NCBI GenBank assembly: GCA_900016865.1 | Contig: FIZI01000016.1 | Span: 45,304-109,303 of the forward strand | Direction: 5' to 3' | Length of the DNA stretch: 64,000 bases | Origin: an uncultured Clostridia bacterium | Lineage (GTDB): Bacteria; Bacillota; DTU014 | Shown: positions 1 to 8,863 of the stretch, piece by piece | Layout of the letters: each line of letters starts with the position of its first letter | How positions within the stretch are numbered: the stretch's first letter is position 1 | Made by a program: the position numbers and the translations under genes | Notes under the pieces: generated by a model | Seen by the model: only the letters and a program-made list of their open reading frames with translations | The model's database searches: none | Told to the model about the DNA's origin: nothing

Positions 1-972
1 GGTGCTGTGACATACGCTCTGAGCGGTTGGTGGTGGTTGTCTCTTGGATCAATGCTTGCGATAGGCCTCGGTGTAGGACTCCTCGATGTGGCTGCCAACG
101 CGGCGGTTGCCGATCTGAGCGATGAAAACCGTCAGTCTGACATAAGCCGCCTGCAGGCGTGGTTCGGCGTAGGCTCCGTAGTCGCACCTGTAGATACGGC
201 TGTCTGCATTTCGAGCGGGCTTGGGTGGGAGCCGATATACTTAGCAGCCGGATTGGGGTGCTTCGCGCTTCTTCTCCCATTGGCACTGTGTCCTGTCAAG
301 GAACAGCATCCTTCTCTTGATCAGCCGCAGCAAGCCCCTGTCTCCGGAGTTCTACCAGATGCAGAAAAGAAGTCGCTGAGAGCGGCACTCCAATCGCAGG
401 CATTCGTAGTCCTCATTGCCGTTTCTTTCTTGTATGGAGGGCTGTCCAGGACAGTTCTAGCTTGGACTAACACGTACCTAGCCGGTATGGACGTGTCACC
501 GCTTGCTTCGATGTACCCGATCATTCTCTACAACGTCGGTATAGCGATTGGCCGGTTTAGCTCTGGAAGCGTAATTCGGTGGTCATACAGGGGCGTATTT
601 ATCGTAGGGTCCATTGGAGCCATGATCTCAACTGTTGGGTCGGTCGTCTCAGACGATGTTGTGCTTACGGCACTTAGTCTGGCACTGGCAGGCCTGGCTC
701 ACGCAGCGCTTTTTCCGACAGCAGTTGCGTGGGGGAGCGAGCTGTTGCCTGACAATATAGGTACGTCAACCGGGTTGCTGTCTATGGCGGTTGCAGCAGG
801 AAGTATGGTGATTCCATGGCTTACCGGCGCTGTCTCGGACATCGTGGGCCTGCGTCTCGGCATTCTGAGTGTGGGGATTGTTAGCGCCGCTGCCATGGTC
901 CTATCGGTGCTCTTGGCTGGCGTTCGCCAGTCTGGCGCAGAGCACTCCGATGAGCGCGCTCTAGGCGCCTGA
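1..972 (+). CDS. MFS transporter (FucP/TsgA-like), 5' end lies outside the window
   Basis: Many hydrophobic TM segments; GLLDVAANAAVAD and IAIGRF motifs typical of MFS proteins; frame is open from the window start. Confidence 0.8.
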   Translation, partial: GAVTYALSGWWWLSLGSMLAIGLGVGLLDVAANAAVADLSDENRQSDISRLQAWFGVGSVVAPVDTAVCISSGLGWEPIYLAAGLGCFALLLPLALCPVKEQHPSLDQPQQAPVSGVLPDAEKKSLRAALQSQAFVVLIAVSFLYGGLSRTVLAWTNTYLAGMDVSPLASMYPIILYNVGIAIGRFSSGSVIRWSYRGVFIVGSIGAMISTVGSVVSDDVVLTALSLALAGLAHAALFPTAVAWGSELLPDNIGTSTGLLSMAVAAGSMVIPWLTGAVSDIVGLRLGILSVGIVSAAAMVLSVLLAGVRQSGAEHSDERALGA

Positions 973-1045
973 CCTTCATGGTAGAGAAGTTCCGGATTTG
1001 GATAGACGTGAGGGTCCTGCCAGAACCTTAATATAGGGGTTTAGC

Positions 1046-1070
1046 AGGACTTTTGTTGATCCTAGAGAAC
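1046..1070 (+). promoter_or_regulatory. SigH-like promoter upstream of the structured leader/porin
   Basis: AGGA(1046-1049)-N17-GAAC(1067-1070); the first leader helix begins 13 nt downstream. Confidence 0.5.
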
Positions 1071-1082
1071 TTGTTAAGCGAC

Positions 1083-1430
1083 AAGCAGAGAGGGGTCGGC
1101 TTCCCACTGGAGCATCAGTGAGCACTCGGTGAGACAGCCGCCTAACCTGCTTCAGAGTCAAACGTGTTATCCGGCTATGCGGTGAGAAAGGAGGTGCCCC
1201 ACACTGGTTGACGCAGGCCGGCAGGCACGGGAGACAGCAGCAACCAAACAGACGTAGCCGGGGATCATCAACCGTGAGGTAACAAGGAGACTTACGTTGC
1301 GTGACCCCCTGATGCACCAGGAGATGTACCAGCGTCTACATTGATTTGTAGATGGATTGGAGTTGCTGCAGAAACGACGCAAGAATCGCAGTACAATTCA
1401 CAACACTGATCCAACCAAGGGGGATAACTA
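1083..1430 (+). ncRNA. Long structured 5' leader (candidate cis-regulatory RNA) of the porin-like gene
   Basis: Helices found by eye: 1083-88/1147-52, 1097-1101/1136-40, 1105-09/1116-20, 1171-79/1253-61, 1194-98/1224-28, 1273-78/1291-96, 1333-40/1347-54; no credible CDS. Confidence 0.5.
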
Positions 1431-2774
1431 ATGAAGAAGCTAGTGATTGCAACAGTGGTCGCCGCAATGGTCATGGCACTGGCCCTGCCCGCGATGGCAG
1501 CCCCACAGCTCACTACCGGCGGTTCGATCGAGACGAATCTCAATTATACCAAGGACTCAGGAATGACCTCCGAGTCTGAGATCAAGTTCAACGTGAACTT
1601 GGCATTGGACGAGGGTGCTGGCAATGCGAAGCTCCACATCGAGTTCGCGCCCATCAACAGAGAGAAGAAGGATTCGTTCGGCAGCTTGACTCCGTTCGGG
1701 TCCGCACTCGACCTGTCTATCAGCAAGGCTTACCTCCAGACGAGCGGAGCTCTCTGGCACAATGGGCCGGAGATGGACATCACGCTTGGGGACGTTGACG
1801 TCAATTACTCGGACTGGATTGCAGTAATCAATGGCGTCGAAGGCATTAAGGTTGATCAAATCGACATCGCCAACAACACCATCGACGTCTTCCACATTTG
1901 GGACGCAGCTAGTGACGTTGACGCAGACCAGTCGGCCGACAAGGTCGTGGGTGTTAACGGCAAGACCAACTTGGCTGGCTTGGACCTCTCAGGTGCCATT
2001 GTCAAGAGGCTGACCGACGGAAACACCACCTATGTGGCGAACGCCAAGGTAAGCCCTGTGGACAATGTCACTGTAGACGGCACCATTGCCTACGACAACG
2101 CAAACTCGGCCAGAGCAGTTGTCGTGGAGTCTACTGTGACCAGCATTCCTAACTACACCATCAAGGCCGGTTATCGCAACCTCGATGAGGACTTTGCACC
2201 GCCGTATGCTGCACAGGAAGACCCGGACAAGGGTAGGAACGAGCAGCCCGACGTGGTAAGGTTCGCCGGCCAGACCGGTTACAACGCTGAGGTCAGCACC
2301 ACGATAGCCAACTTCGACATCACAGGCAAGCTGGATAGGTACAACACTTCCAGCGAGCAGATGAGGACTGTTGGCCTGGCTCTCGGTACAACAATAGAGG
2401 GCTTTGACCTGAGCCTTGAGCACAACATCAACACCGACCTGGCAGCCAATGCGAGCACGACTGACTCGACTTTGGTCGCTCAGAGAGGGTTCGTTGTCGC
2501 AGACCACGAAATCCAGGGCAAGTACACCTACAAGACCAATCCCAACGCCGTGGATGGCGAGAGGAAGCACACTGTTGAGGCCTCAACGAGGACAGACGTC
2601 GCAGCTCTCAAGGACGTCGAGCTTGCAGCCAAGCTGCAGTCCAACGGAGGACTCGACAGTCTGAACTACAACGTCAAGGCTTCCTACGATGCGCCGAACG
2701 GTATGTCTTTCGGTGCGGAGTACGACGGCGAAGCCGGATTCTCTGCGAATGCCGGCATGAAGGTAACGTTCTAA
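1431..2774 (+). CDS. Secreted beta-strand-rich protein; putative outer-membrane beta-barrel porin
   Basis: Sec signal peptide (MKKLVIA...PAMA-A); alternating hydrophobic beta-strand pattern; ends ANAGMKVTF with terminal Phe; RBS AAGGGGG; C-ending codon bias suggests high expression. Confidence 0.6.
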   Translation: MKKLVIATVVAAMVMALALPAMAAPQLTTGGSIETNLNYTKDSGMTSESEIKFNVNLALDEGAGNAKLHIEFAPINREKKDSFGSLTPFGSALDLSISKAYLQTSGALWHNGPEMDITLGDVDVNYSDWIAVINGVEGIKVDQIDIANNTIDVFHIWDAASDVDADQSADKVVGVNGKTNLAGLDLSGAIVKRLTDGNTTYVANAKVSPVDNVTVDGTIAYDNANSARAVVVESTVTSIPNYTIKAGYRNLDEDFAPPYAAQEDPDKGRNEQPDVVRFAGQTGYNAEVSTTIANFDITGKLDRYNTSSEQMRTVGLALGTTIEGFDLSLEHNINTDLAANASTTDSTLVAQRGFVVADHEIQGKYTYKTNPNAVDGERKHTVEASTRTDVAALKDVELAAKLQSNGGLDSLNYNVKASYDAPNGMSFGAEYDGEAGFSANAGMKVTF

Positions 2775-2879
2775 GTTGCCAATCAGACACGAAGCCGACT
2801 AAGGCTTATTACCTCGCCAATCTATCGATTTAGCCACCACAGAATGCTCCTGCACTGTGTAGGGGCGATCCCAACAGGA

Positions 2880-2910
2880 GCGAGTCTCGGTCTCTGAGTC
2901 CGAGACTCGC
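2880..2910 (+). terminator. Stem-loop downstream of the porin-like gene
   Basis: GCGAGTCTCGG...CCGAGACTCGC perfect 11-bp stem; U-tract weak. Confidence 0.45.
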
Positions 2911-2955
2911 TCACCTGTACTTCAGTTTCTTTGTAAGTTTCCTTGATGTGAAAGA

Positions 2956-2980
2956 AGGATATTACAAAAGTGTGTTGAAT
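2956..2980 (+). promoter_or_regulatory. SigH-like promoter
   Basis: GAAGGATAT-N11-GTTGAATAA, matching the B. subtilis SigH consensus. Confidence 0.55.
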
Positions 2981-3032
2981 AACAGTATACACATGGAGAG
3001 GTCCATAGCTTGATTGAGGAGGTACATCGGCA

Positions 3033-4136
3033 ATGGCGAAAGTGGTACTCGACCACGTCACTAAACGTTTTGGCAATGTGATCGCGGTCAACGACGCATG
3101 CCTGGAGATCAAAGACAAGGAGTTCCTAGTGCTGGTCGGACCATCGGGGTGCGGAAAGTCTACGACACTCCGAATGGTGGCGGGATTGGAGGAGATCACC
3201 GAGGGTAACATCTATATTGGGGATACCTTGGTCAACGACATCCCGCCCAAGGATAGAGACATAGCGATGGTGTTCCAGAACTATGCTCTGTATCCTCACA
3301 TGGACGTCTATAACAACATGGCGTTTGGACTCAAGCTTCGGAAGTACCCGAAGGCGGAGATTGACAGACTGGTCAAGCAGGCAGCTCAGATCTTGGGTAT
3401 AGAAAACTTGCTGGACAGAAAGCCAAAGGCTCTTTCGGGTGGTCAGAGACAGAGAGTTGCTCTCGGCCGAGCTATCGTGCGTGAGCCAAAGGTCTTCCTT
3501 ATGGACGAGCCGCTGTCCAACCTCGACGCCAAGCTGAGGGTCGTGATGAGAGCCGAGCTCTCCAAGCTGCACATGAGGTTGCAGACGACAGTTATCTATG
3601 TTACTCACGACCAGACAGAGGCTATGACCATGGGCGATCGCATTGTCGTCATGAAGGACGGGTTGATCCAGCAGGTCGGCGCACCTCTGGAGATTTACGA
3701 CAATCCTGACAACATGTTCGTAGCCGGATTTATTGGTACACCTCCGATGAACTTCATAGACGCTGTGCTGGTCAAGGAGGGTGACGACCTCTATGTCAAG
3801 GGTCCCGGCTTCAAGCTGAAGGTACCATCAGGACGTTTCAAGGACCTTGGCCCATACATCGACAAGGAAGTTGTCTTCGGCATTAGGCCTGAGGACATCA
3901 TTGACGCAGAGTTCTATCCTGGCGAGGTCACAGATGACAACTCTATCGTTGCAATGGTGGATGTCACTGAGCCGCTCGGATCTGAGGTTCTCGTCTACTT
4001 GTCGTTTGGCGAGTCGATGGTCACAGCCAAACTAGATCCTCATACCAGAGCCGAGGATGGCGAAAACCTCAAGGTGGTATTCGCCATGCACAAGATGCAT
4101 CTGTTCGACAAAGACACCGAGATGGTGATCAGGTAG
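3033..4136 (+). CDS. msmX: MsmX/MalK/UgpC-type sugar ABC transporter ATP-binding protein
   Basis: Walker A GPSGCGKST, FQNYALYPHM, LSGGQRQR, C-terminal TOBE region; no cognate permease adjacent. Confidence 0.9.
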   Translation: MAKVVLDHVTKRFGNVIAVNDACLEIKDKEFLVLVGPSGCGKSTTLRMVAGLEEITEGNIYIGDTLVNDIPPKDRDIAMVFQNYALYPHMDVYNNMAFGLKLRKYPKAEIDRLVKQAAQILGIENLLDRKPKALSGGQRQRVALGRAIVREPKVFLMDEPLSNLDAKLRVVMRAELSKLHMRLQTTVIYVTHDQTEAMTMGDRIVVMKDGLIQQVGAPLEIYDNPDNMFVAGFIGTPPMNFIDAVLVKEGDDLYVKGPGFKLKVPSGRFKDLGPYIDKEVVFGIRPEDIIDAEFYPGEVTDDNSIVAMVDVTEPLGSEVLVYLSFGESMVTAKLDPHTRAEDGENLKVVFAMHKMHLFDKDTEMVIR

Positions 4137-4213
4137 GTCACACTCGCGTGTGAATAGATAGGCTGGCGGGGCTGCCCGCGTGGGTGCCTGTCACAGACCT
4201 TGTGGGTTGATTA

Positions 4214-4249
4214 AGGGATGGTACTCGGGATCTGGGTACCATCCTTTTT
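4214..4249 (+). terminator. Intrinsic terminator
   Basis: AAGGGATGGTACTC...GGGTACCATCCTTTTT. Confidence 0.7.
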
Positions 4250-4280
4250 CGATAAGTGAAGCAAGAGGGGAGAACGCACT

Positions 4281-5354
4281 ATGCAGTTCAATTTGGATGA
4301 CATAGCTGCAATGGAACAGCTTGACCCAGGGGGAATGACCGGTCTAATCGTCGGCTTGCCCGATCAGTTGAAAGAGGCCCACGAGATAGGCCTAAAGGCG
4401 GAAGTCCCCGAGGATTACTCCAATGTCAAGAACGTCGTGATCTCAGGGCTCGGGGGATCTGCGATTGGCGGTGACCTGCTGAGGTCGTTGGCCACGGGCA
4501 AGTCGAGAGTTCCTATTTCGGTCAACCGTGACTACGACATACCGGCGTACGTAGGGCCTGATACTCTCTTTGTAGCTTCTAGCTACTCCGGCAACACAGA
4601 GGAGACACTCGCGGCATTTGACAGTGCAGTAGCTGCCAATGCCCGCGTGCTTTGCATCTCGTCTGGGGGTGAACTCACCAAGCGAGCGACGGATCAAGGG
4701 ATTCCTGTAATCAAGATCCCCGGCGGCCCTGCTCCGCGTGCGGCTTTAGGCTATTCTTTCCTTCCACTCTTGATTGTGATGCGAAGGCTGGGCTTGGTAG
4801 AGGATGACATCGGCGATGTTGATGAGATGTTGTCAATCATGGTTGGACTGAGGGAGGTCTTGGCTCCTCAGTCACCTGAGAGCGTCAACCAAGCAAAGCA
4901 GTTGGCTCGCAGAATCCACGGCAAGCTCCCCATTATCTATGGCGCCGAAGGTTACCGAGCTGTGGTTGCCCAGCGCTGGAAGGGCCAGGTCAATGAGAAC
5001 AGCAAGGCCCCTGCCTACTGGAACGTGTACCCGGAGCTCAACCACAATGAGATAGTCGGATGGAAGGCTTATCCCGAGCTCTTGTCTCGCATGTACGTGA
5101 TCAACCTGAGGGACAAGACTGAGTCCCCCAAGATGCAGAGGCGCATCGAAGTCACTTCTGAAATCATCAAGAAGCTGGCTGCCGGTGTAGAGGACGTCTG
5201 GGCTGTTGGCAAGTCCGATCTTGCCAAGCTCTTCTCTCTGGTGTATATAGGAGACTTCGTCTCGCTCTACCTAGCTTTCCTCAACAACGAAGATCCGCTT
5301 CCAGTTGAATCTATCGCATACTTAAAGAGCCAATTGGCACAGGTAGAGGAATAA
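4281..5354 (+). CDS. Bifunctional phosphoglucose/phosphomannose isomerase (SIS domain)
   Basis: GLGGSAIGG, SYSGNTEET, PRAALGY, RWKGQVNENSK and PELNHNE motifs. Confidence 0.9.
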   Translation: MQFNLDDIAAMEQLDPGGMTGLIVGLPDQLKEAHEIGLKAEVPEDYSNVKNVVISGLGGSAIGGDLLRSLATGKSRVPISVNRDYDIPAYVGPDTLFVASSYSGNTEETLAAFDSAVAANARVLCISSGGELTKRATDQGIPVIKIPGGPAPRAALGYSFLPLLIVMRRLGLVEDDIGDVDEMLSIMVGLREVLAPQSPESVNQAKQLARRIHGKLPIIYGAEGYRAVVAQRWKGQVNENSKAPAYWNVYPELNHNEIVGWKAYPELLSRMYVINLRDKTESPKMQRRIEVTSEIIKKLAAGVEDVWAVGKSDLAKLFSLVYIGDFVSLYLAFLNNEDPLPVESIAYLKSQLAQVEE

Positions 5355-5369
5355 GGAGGGAGATGGCGG

Positions 5370-6320
5370 TTGCGGGCTTGCTACATTGGAGTTGACTTGG
5401 GAGGCACGAAGATAGCTACCGGAGCCGGAGATCAGACCGGAGCAATTCTGGTCCGGGATGTCCGGCCGACTGAGGCTCACAAGGGCACAGAAGCCACGAT
5501 CAACAACATCAAGGCAAGTATTCGCCAAGTGCTTGAGCAGCTCGGGCCTGATCTGCAGGTCTGCGGGATTGGAGTTGGCAGCCCAGGGCCCTTGAGCGTC
5601 AGTGAGGGTGTCGTGTACAGCGCACCCAATCTAGGCTGGGACCATGTACCCATCCGCCAGATCCTCAAGGATGAGTTCGGGGTCAGGGTCGAGGTAGGCA
5701 ATGACGCAAATGTTGCAGGCCTGGCCGAATGGCGATTTGGTGCGGGAGAACAATGCCGCAACATGATCTATGTGACTGTCAGCACAGGGATCGGAGGGGG
5801 AATCATTGTCGATGGGAAGCTCCTCCTCGGGTCGCACGATTTCGCAGGAGAGATCGGGCATATGATCATGGTGGAGAATGGCCCTCTGTGCGGGTGCGGA
5901 AGGCGAGGCTGCTTTGAAACGCTCGCCTCAGGCACTGCGATTGCCAGGCGAGCGCAAGAAGCGGTGCGCCTCGGAGTGCCAACTGCTATGTTGGAACTAG
6001 TAGACGGCGACATCGACCGGATCGACTCCGCTGTTGTTGCGCGGGCTGATGCAGCCGGCGACGCTCTCGCGTCTGAGATCCTCGACGAGGCTATCAGATA
6101 TCTGAGCATTGGCCTGGGCAACCTGGTAACAATATTCAACCCCGATCGCATAGTGATCGGCGGAGGGGTCTCGAACATAGGCGACAGGCTGTTTAGACCT
6201 CTTCGTCGGATGATTCTGTCAAGAGCTATGAGGGAATCAGTTAGCCGCGTTGAGATACACAGAGCCAAGCTGGGTTCAGATGTCGGAGTGGTTGGTGCTA
6301 TGTGTCTGGTCATGGACTAA
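5370..6320 (+). CDS. ROK family sugar kinase (glucokinase-like)
   Basis: GVDLGGT, NDANVAGLAE, TGIGGG, GEIGH...CGCGRRGCFE motifs. Confidence 0.9.
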   Translation: MRACYIGVDLGGTKIATGAGDQTGAILVRDVRPTEAHKGTEATINNIKASIRQVLEQLGPDLQVCGIGVGSPGPLSVSEGVVYSAPNLGWDHVPIRQILKDEFGVRVEVGNDANVAGLAEWRFGAGEQCRNMIYVTVSTGIGGGIIVDGKLLLGSHDFAGEIGHMIMVENGPLCGCGRRGCFETLASGTAIARRAQEAVRLGVPTAMLELVDGDIDRIDSAVVARADAAGDALASEILDEAIRYLSIGLGNLVTIFNPDRIVIGGGVSNIGDRLFRPLRRMILSRAMRESVSRVEIHRAKLGSDVGVVGAMCLVMD

Positions 6321-6368
6321 GCCCTCCCGGCTGAGCCGGGCAAGTCAGAGGCTCCAAAGCATATGGCA

Positions 6369-6420
6369 GAGGGGGAGAGAATACTATTCAGATGATAGTG
6401 CTCTCTCCCTTTTCTTTTTG
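6369..6420 (+). terminator. Intrinsic terminator
   Basis: GGGAGAGA...TCTCTCCC followed by TTTTCTTTTT. Confidence 0.65.
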
Positions 6421-6452
6421 ACGCCCGCAACTGATCGCTGATCCGAGGAGCG

Positions 6453-7394
6453 TTGCGAAGGAGGATGCCAATGCACCGATTGGCTCTGATTGCCCTGGTA
6501 GCGGTGACAGTCGGACTGTTCGTGCAACTTGTCGCCTGCAGTAGCTCAGGCGCGGATGCAAGCCGCATGTTGTTCAGCATGGAGGACCCTCCCGATGATG
6601 ACTACGGGCCGGGGACCTATATCTACCCAACACATCACGCATTTAGCCCACACCGGGGGATCTTGGACTTGAGGCGTTTTGAGGTATTTGACACTCACGA
6701 GACCGTCGATTTCTACTTCTCCTTTGCAGTGGTCACAAATCCATGGCACGCCCCTGAAGGGTTTAGCCACCAGTTAATCGACCTCTATATCGATTGCATC
6801 GAGCGCGCAGGCCGCGACCGCCCATTGCGTGATGGGCCTAGGGTCCGGTTTCCTTCGGAATCAGGTTGGGACTACCTCATCAGAGTCGTTGCATGGGATG
6901 GGTGCCGACTGTTTCGTGCGGATGACCCCTCAAACGCCAAAGGGACAAAGGACGGAGTCTCAGCAGTTCTCCTGCAGGACGGCAAGACTATCAAGGTGTC
7001 TGTCAGGCGCGATCATTTCGAGGTGGAGCCTAGCCCAAGATGGCAGTACTTCTGCCTCATAGGTTCGCAGGACGTCTTTGGAGAGGATGAATACAGGCCT
7101 GTCATGAGGGAGGCGGGGCTGTGGCACTTCGGGGGTGCAGAAGACGAGAGATTGGCTCCGTATGTGATAGACTTGCTTGCACCCGCCAAAGGGCATCGGA
7201 GCCAGCAATCACAGCTTCTCTCATACGATAGTGGCCGAGGTACTCATGCGCTGCTCTATCCGGTTGGCGGGCAGTCGTTTAGCGTAGCGACTCTGGTCCT
7301 GTCAGTTGTCATCGCCGTGCTCCTCTTGGGTGTCGGGATAGGGCTTGCAGTCATAAGGCGAATGGCAAACCGGACTCCGCCAAACGGACGATAG
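6453..7394 (+). CDS. Glucodextranase C-terminal/DOMON-like carbohydrate-binding domain protein, membrane anchored
   Basis: DPPDDDYGPGTYIYP and NPWHAPEGFSHQLIDLYID motifs as in amylopullulanase DOMON-like domains; LVAC lipobox; C-terminal TM helix. Confidence 0.75.
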   Translation: MRRRMPMHRLALIALVAVTVGLFVQLVACSSSGADASRMLFSMEDPPDDDYGPGTYIYPTHHAFSPHRGILDLRRFEVFDTHETVDFYFSFAVVTNPWHAPEGFSHQLIDLYIDCIERAGRDRPLRDGPRVRFPSESGWDYLIRVVAWDGCRLFRADDPSNAKGTKDGVSAVLLQDGKTIKVSVRRDHFEVEPSPRWQYFCLIGSQDVFGEDEYRPVMREAGLWHFGGAEDERLAPYVIDLLAPAKGHRSQQSQLLSYDSGRGTHALLYPVGGQSFSVATLVLSVVIAVLLLGVGIGLAVIRRMANRTPPNGR

Positions 7395-7404
7395 CTACGT
7401 CAAT

Positions 7405-7434
7405 GTGTAGCCCGTGCGGTTCTTGGGTACACTA
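7405..7434 (+). promoter_or_regulatory. SigF/SigG-like forespore promoter for the GT4 operon
   Basis: GTGTA-N15-GGGTACACTA versus consensus GYATA-N15-GGnnAnAHTR. Confidence 0.5.
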
Positions 7435-7507
7435 ACTGCGAGATGCGCACTGCCCGTGCGATTTGTCGTTGTTGAAGGGCATTACCGCACACGACTGGGG
7501 CGAACAC

Positions 7508-8863
7508 ATGAAGATCGTAATGCTCACATGGGAGTATCCTCCCAGGTCGGTTGGGGGGATCGCACCGCACGCACAGCAGTTGTCCAGGGCACTAGTTCAG
7601 CGAGGCCACGATGTGCAAGTCGTGACTCATCTCGAAGGCGACGCCAAGAGATTGGAAGACGACAAAGGCGTGACCGTGCATAGGGCTCCAATGGCTAGTC
7701 CCGCTCCCTTGGACTTCCTCACTTGGGTCATGCAGATGAACCTAAACCTCATTGAGACTGTCGTTAAGATCACGCGCAGGTCAGGGCCGCCTGACATCAT
7801 CCACGCGCACGATTGGCTGGTGGCGTACGCCGCCAAGTCGCTCAAGCATTCCTTAACAGTCCCTCTGGTTGCCACGATCCATGCCACTGAGGCAGGGCGT
7901 AACTCCGGATTGCACAATGCTCTCCAGAGATACATCGGAGATGTAGAATGGTGGTTGGGTTTTGAGGCCTGGAGGGTGATCTGTTGCAGCACATATATGC
8001 TGGATGAGGTCATGAGAGTATTCCAGCTACCTATGGACAAGATCGATGTCATTCCCAACGGAGTCAATGCCGGGGAGTTTGCCTCAGATGCGGACATCGC
8101 CGAGTTTCGGCGAAGGTACGCGGCAGACGACGAAAAGCTGGTTTTCTTCGTGGGCAGGCTCGTGCACGAGAAGGGTGTCCATGTCCTGATACAGGCTATG
8201 CCAAAGGTGCTGGCTCACTATGGAAAAGCCAAACTTGTCGTCTCGGGTAAAGGGCCGGCAATGGACTACCTCAAGTCTCTCGCATCGCAGCTTGGTGTCT
8301 GGGACCGAGTATACTTCACCGGATATATCGATGACGATACTCGCAACAAGCTGTACAAGGCCGCTGATCTGGCGGTCGTGCCGAGCTTGTACGAGCCGTT
8401 TGGCATTACGGCCTTGGAAGCCATGGCCGCCCGCTGTCCGGTCGCAGTCAGCGACGTGGGCGGCCTGGATTCCACTGTTCAAATCGGAGTCAACGGGTAC
8501 AAATTCTACGCAGGCAATCCCAACTCCCTTGCTGATACCATCCTACACGTCTTCTTTTGCCCGGACGATGCCGAGCGCGTGAGCAGGCGAGCATATGAAG
8601 AAGTGATCACGAAATACTCCTGGGGACGAATCGCCACGCTAACAGAGCAGACATACAGCAGAGTACTTCATGAGTTCAAAAACAGCGACTGGGCGCTGAC
8701 ATCTACGGAGTTGGTGACACGTGAAAGCAGTTATCATGGCAGGCGGAAAAGGCACGAGATTGAGGCCCTTGACATGCGACCGCCCCAAACCGATGGTCCC
8801 GATCTTGGGCAAGCCTATCATGGAATATATCCTAAGACTCCTTCTGAAGCACGGCATTCGTGA
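7508..8863 (+). CDS. Glycosyltransferase family 4 (GT-B, glycogen-synthase-like)
   Basis: MKIVMLTWEYPP..GG start, HAHDWL, TIHATE, PSLYEPFGITALEAMA; start placed at ATG 7508; tail overlaps the next gene by 143 nt. Confidence 0.9.
   Translation: MKIVMLTWEYPPRSVGGIAPHAQQLSRALVQRGHDVQVVTHLEGDAKRLEDDKGVTVHRAPMASPAPLDFLTWVMQMNLNLIETVVKITRRSGPPDIIHAHDWLVAYAAKSLKHSLTVPLVATIHATEAGRNSGLHNALQRYIGDVEWWLGFEAWRVICCSTYMLDEVMRVFQLPMDKIDVIPNGVNAGEFASDADIAEFRRRYAADDEKLVFFVGRLVHEKGVHVLIQAMPKVLAHYGKAKLVVSGKGPAMDYLKSLASQLGVWDRVYFTGYIDDDTRNKLYKAADLAVVPSLYEPFGITALEAMAARCPVAVSDVGGLDSTVQIGVNGYKFYAGNPNSLADTILHVFFCPDDAERVSRRAYEEVITKYSWGRIATLTEQTYSRVLHEFKNSDWALTSTELVTRESSYHGRRKRHEIEALDMRPPQTDGPDLGQAYHGIYPKTPSEARHS

Noticed and set aside
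1083..1430. Known riboswitch or housekeeping RNA (c-di-AMP/ydaO, cobalamin, lysine, T-box, raiA motif, 6S, SRP, RNase P)
   Set aside because: Only short chance matches (e.g. CTAACC); the core consensus motifs were not found by eye. An Rfam scan is still needed.
976..1579. Short ORFs across the leader (976-1317 -, 1167-1382 -, 1352-1579 +) and possible uORFs at TTG 1208 and 1297
   Set aside because: No protein-like composition, and weak start codons or RBS spacing; better explained as structured RNA.
1989..2570. 193-aa antisense ORF
   Set aside because: Shadow of the codon-biased porin-like gene.
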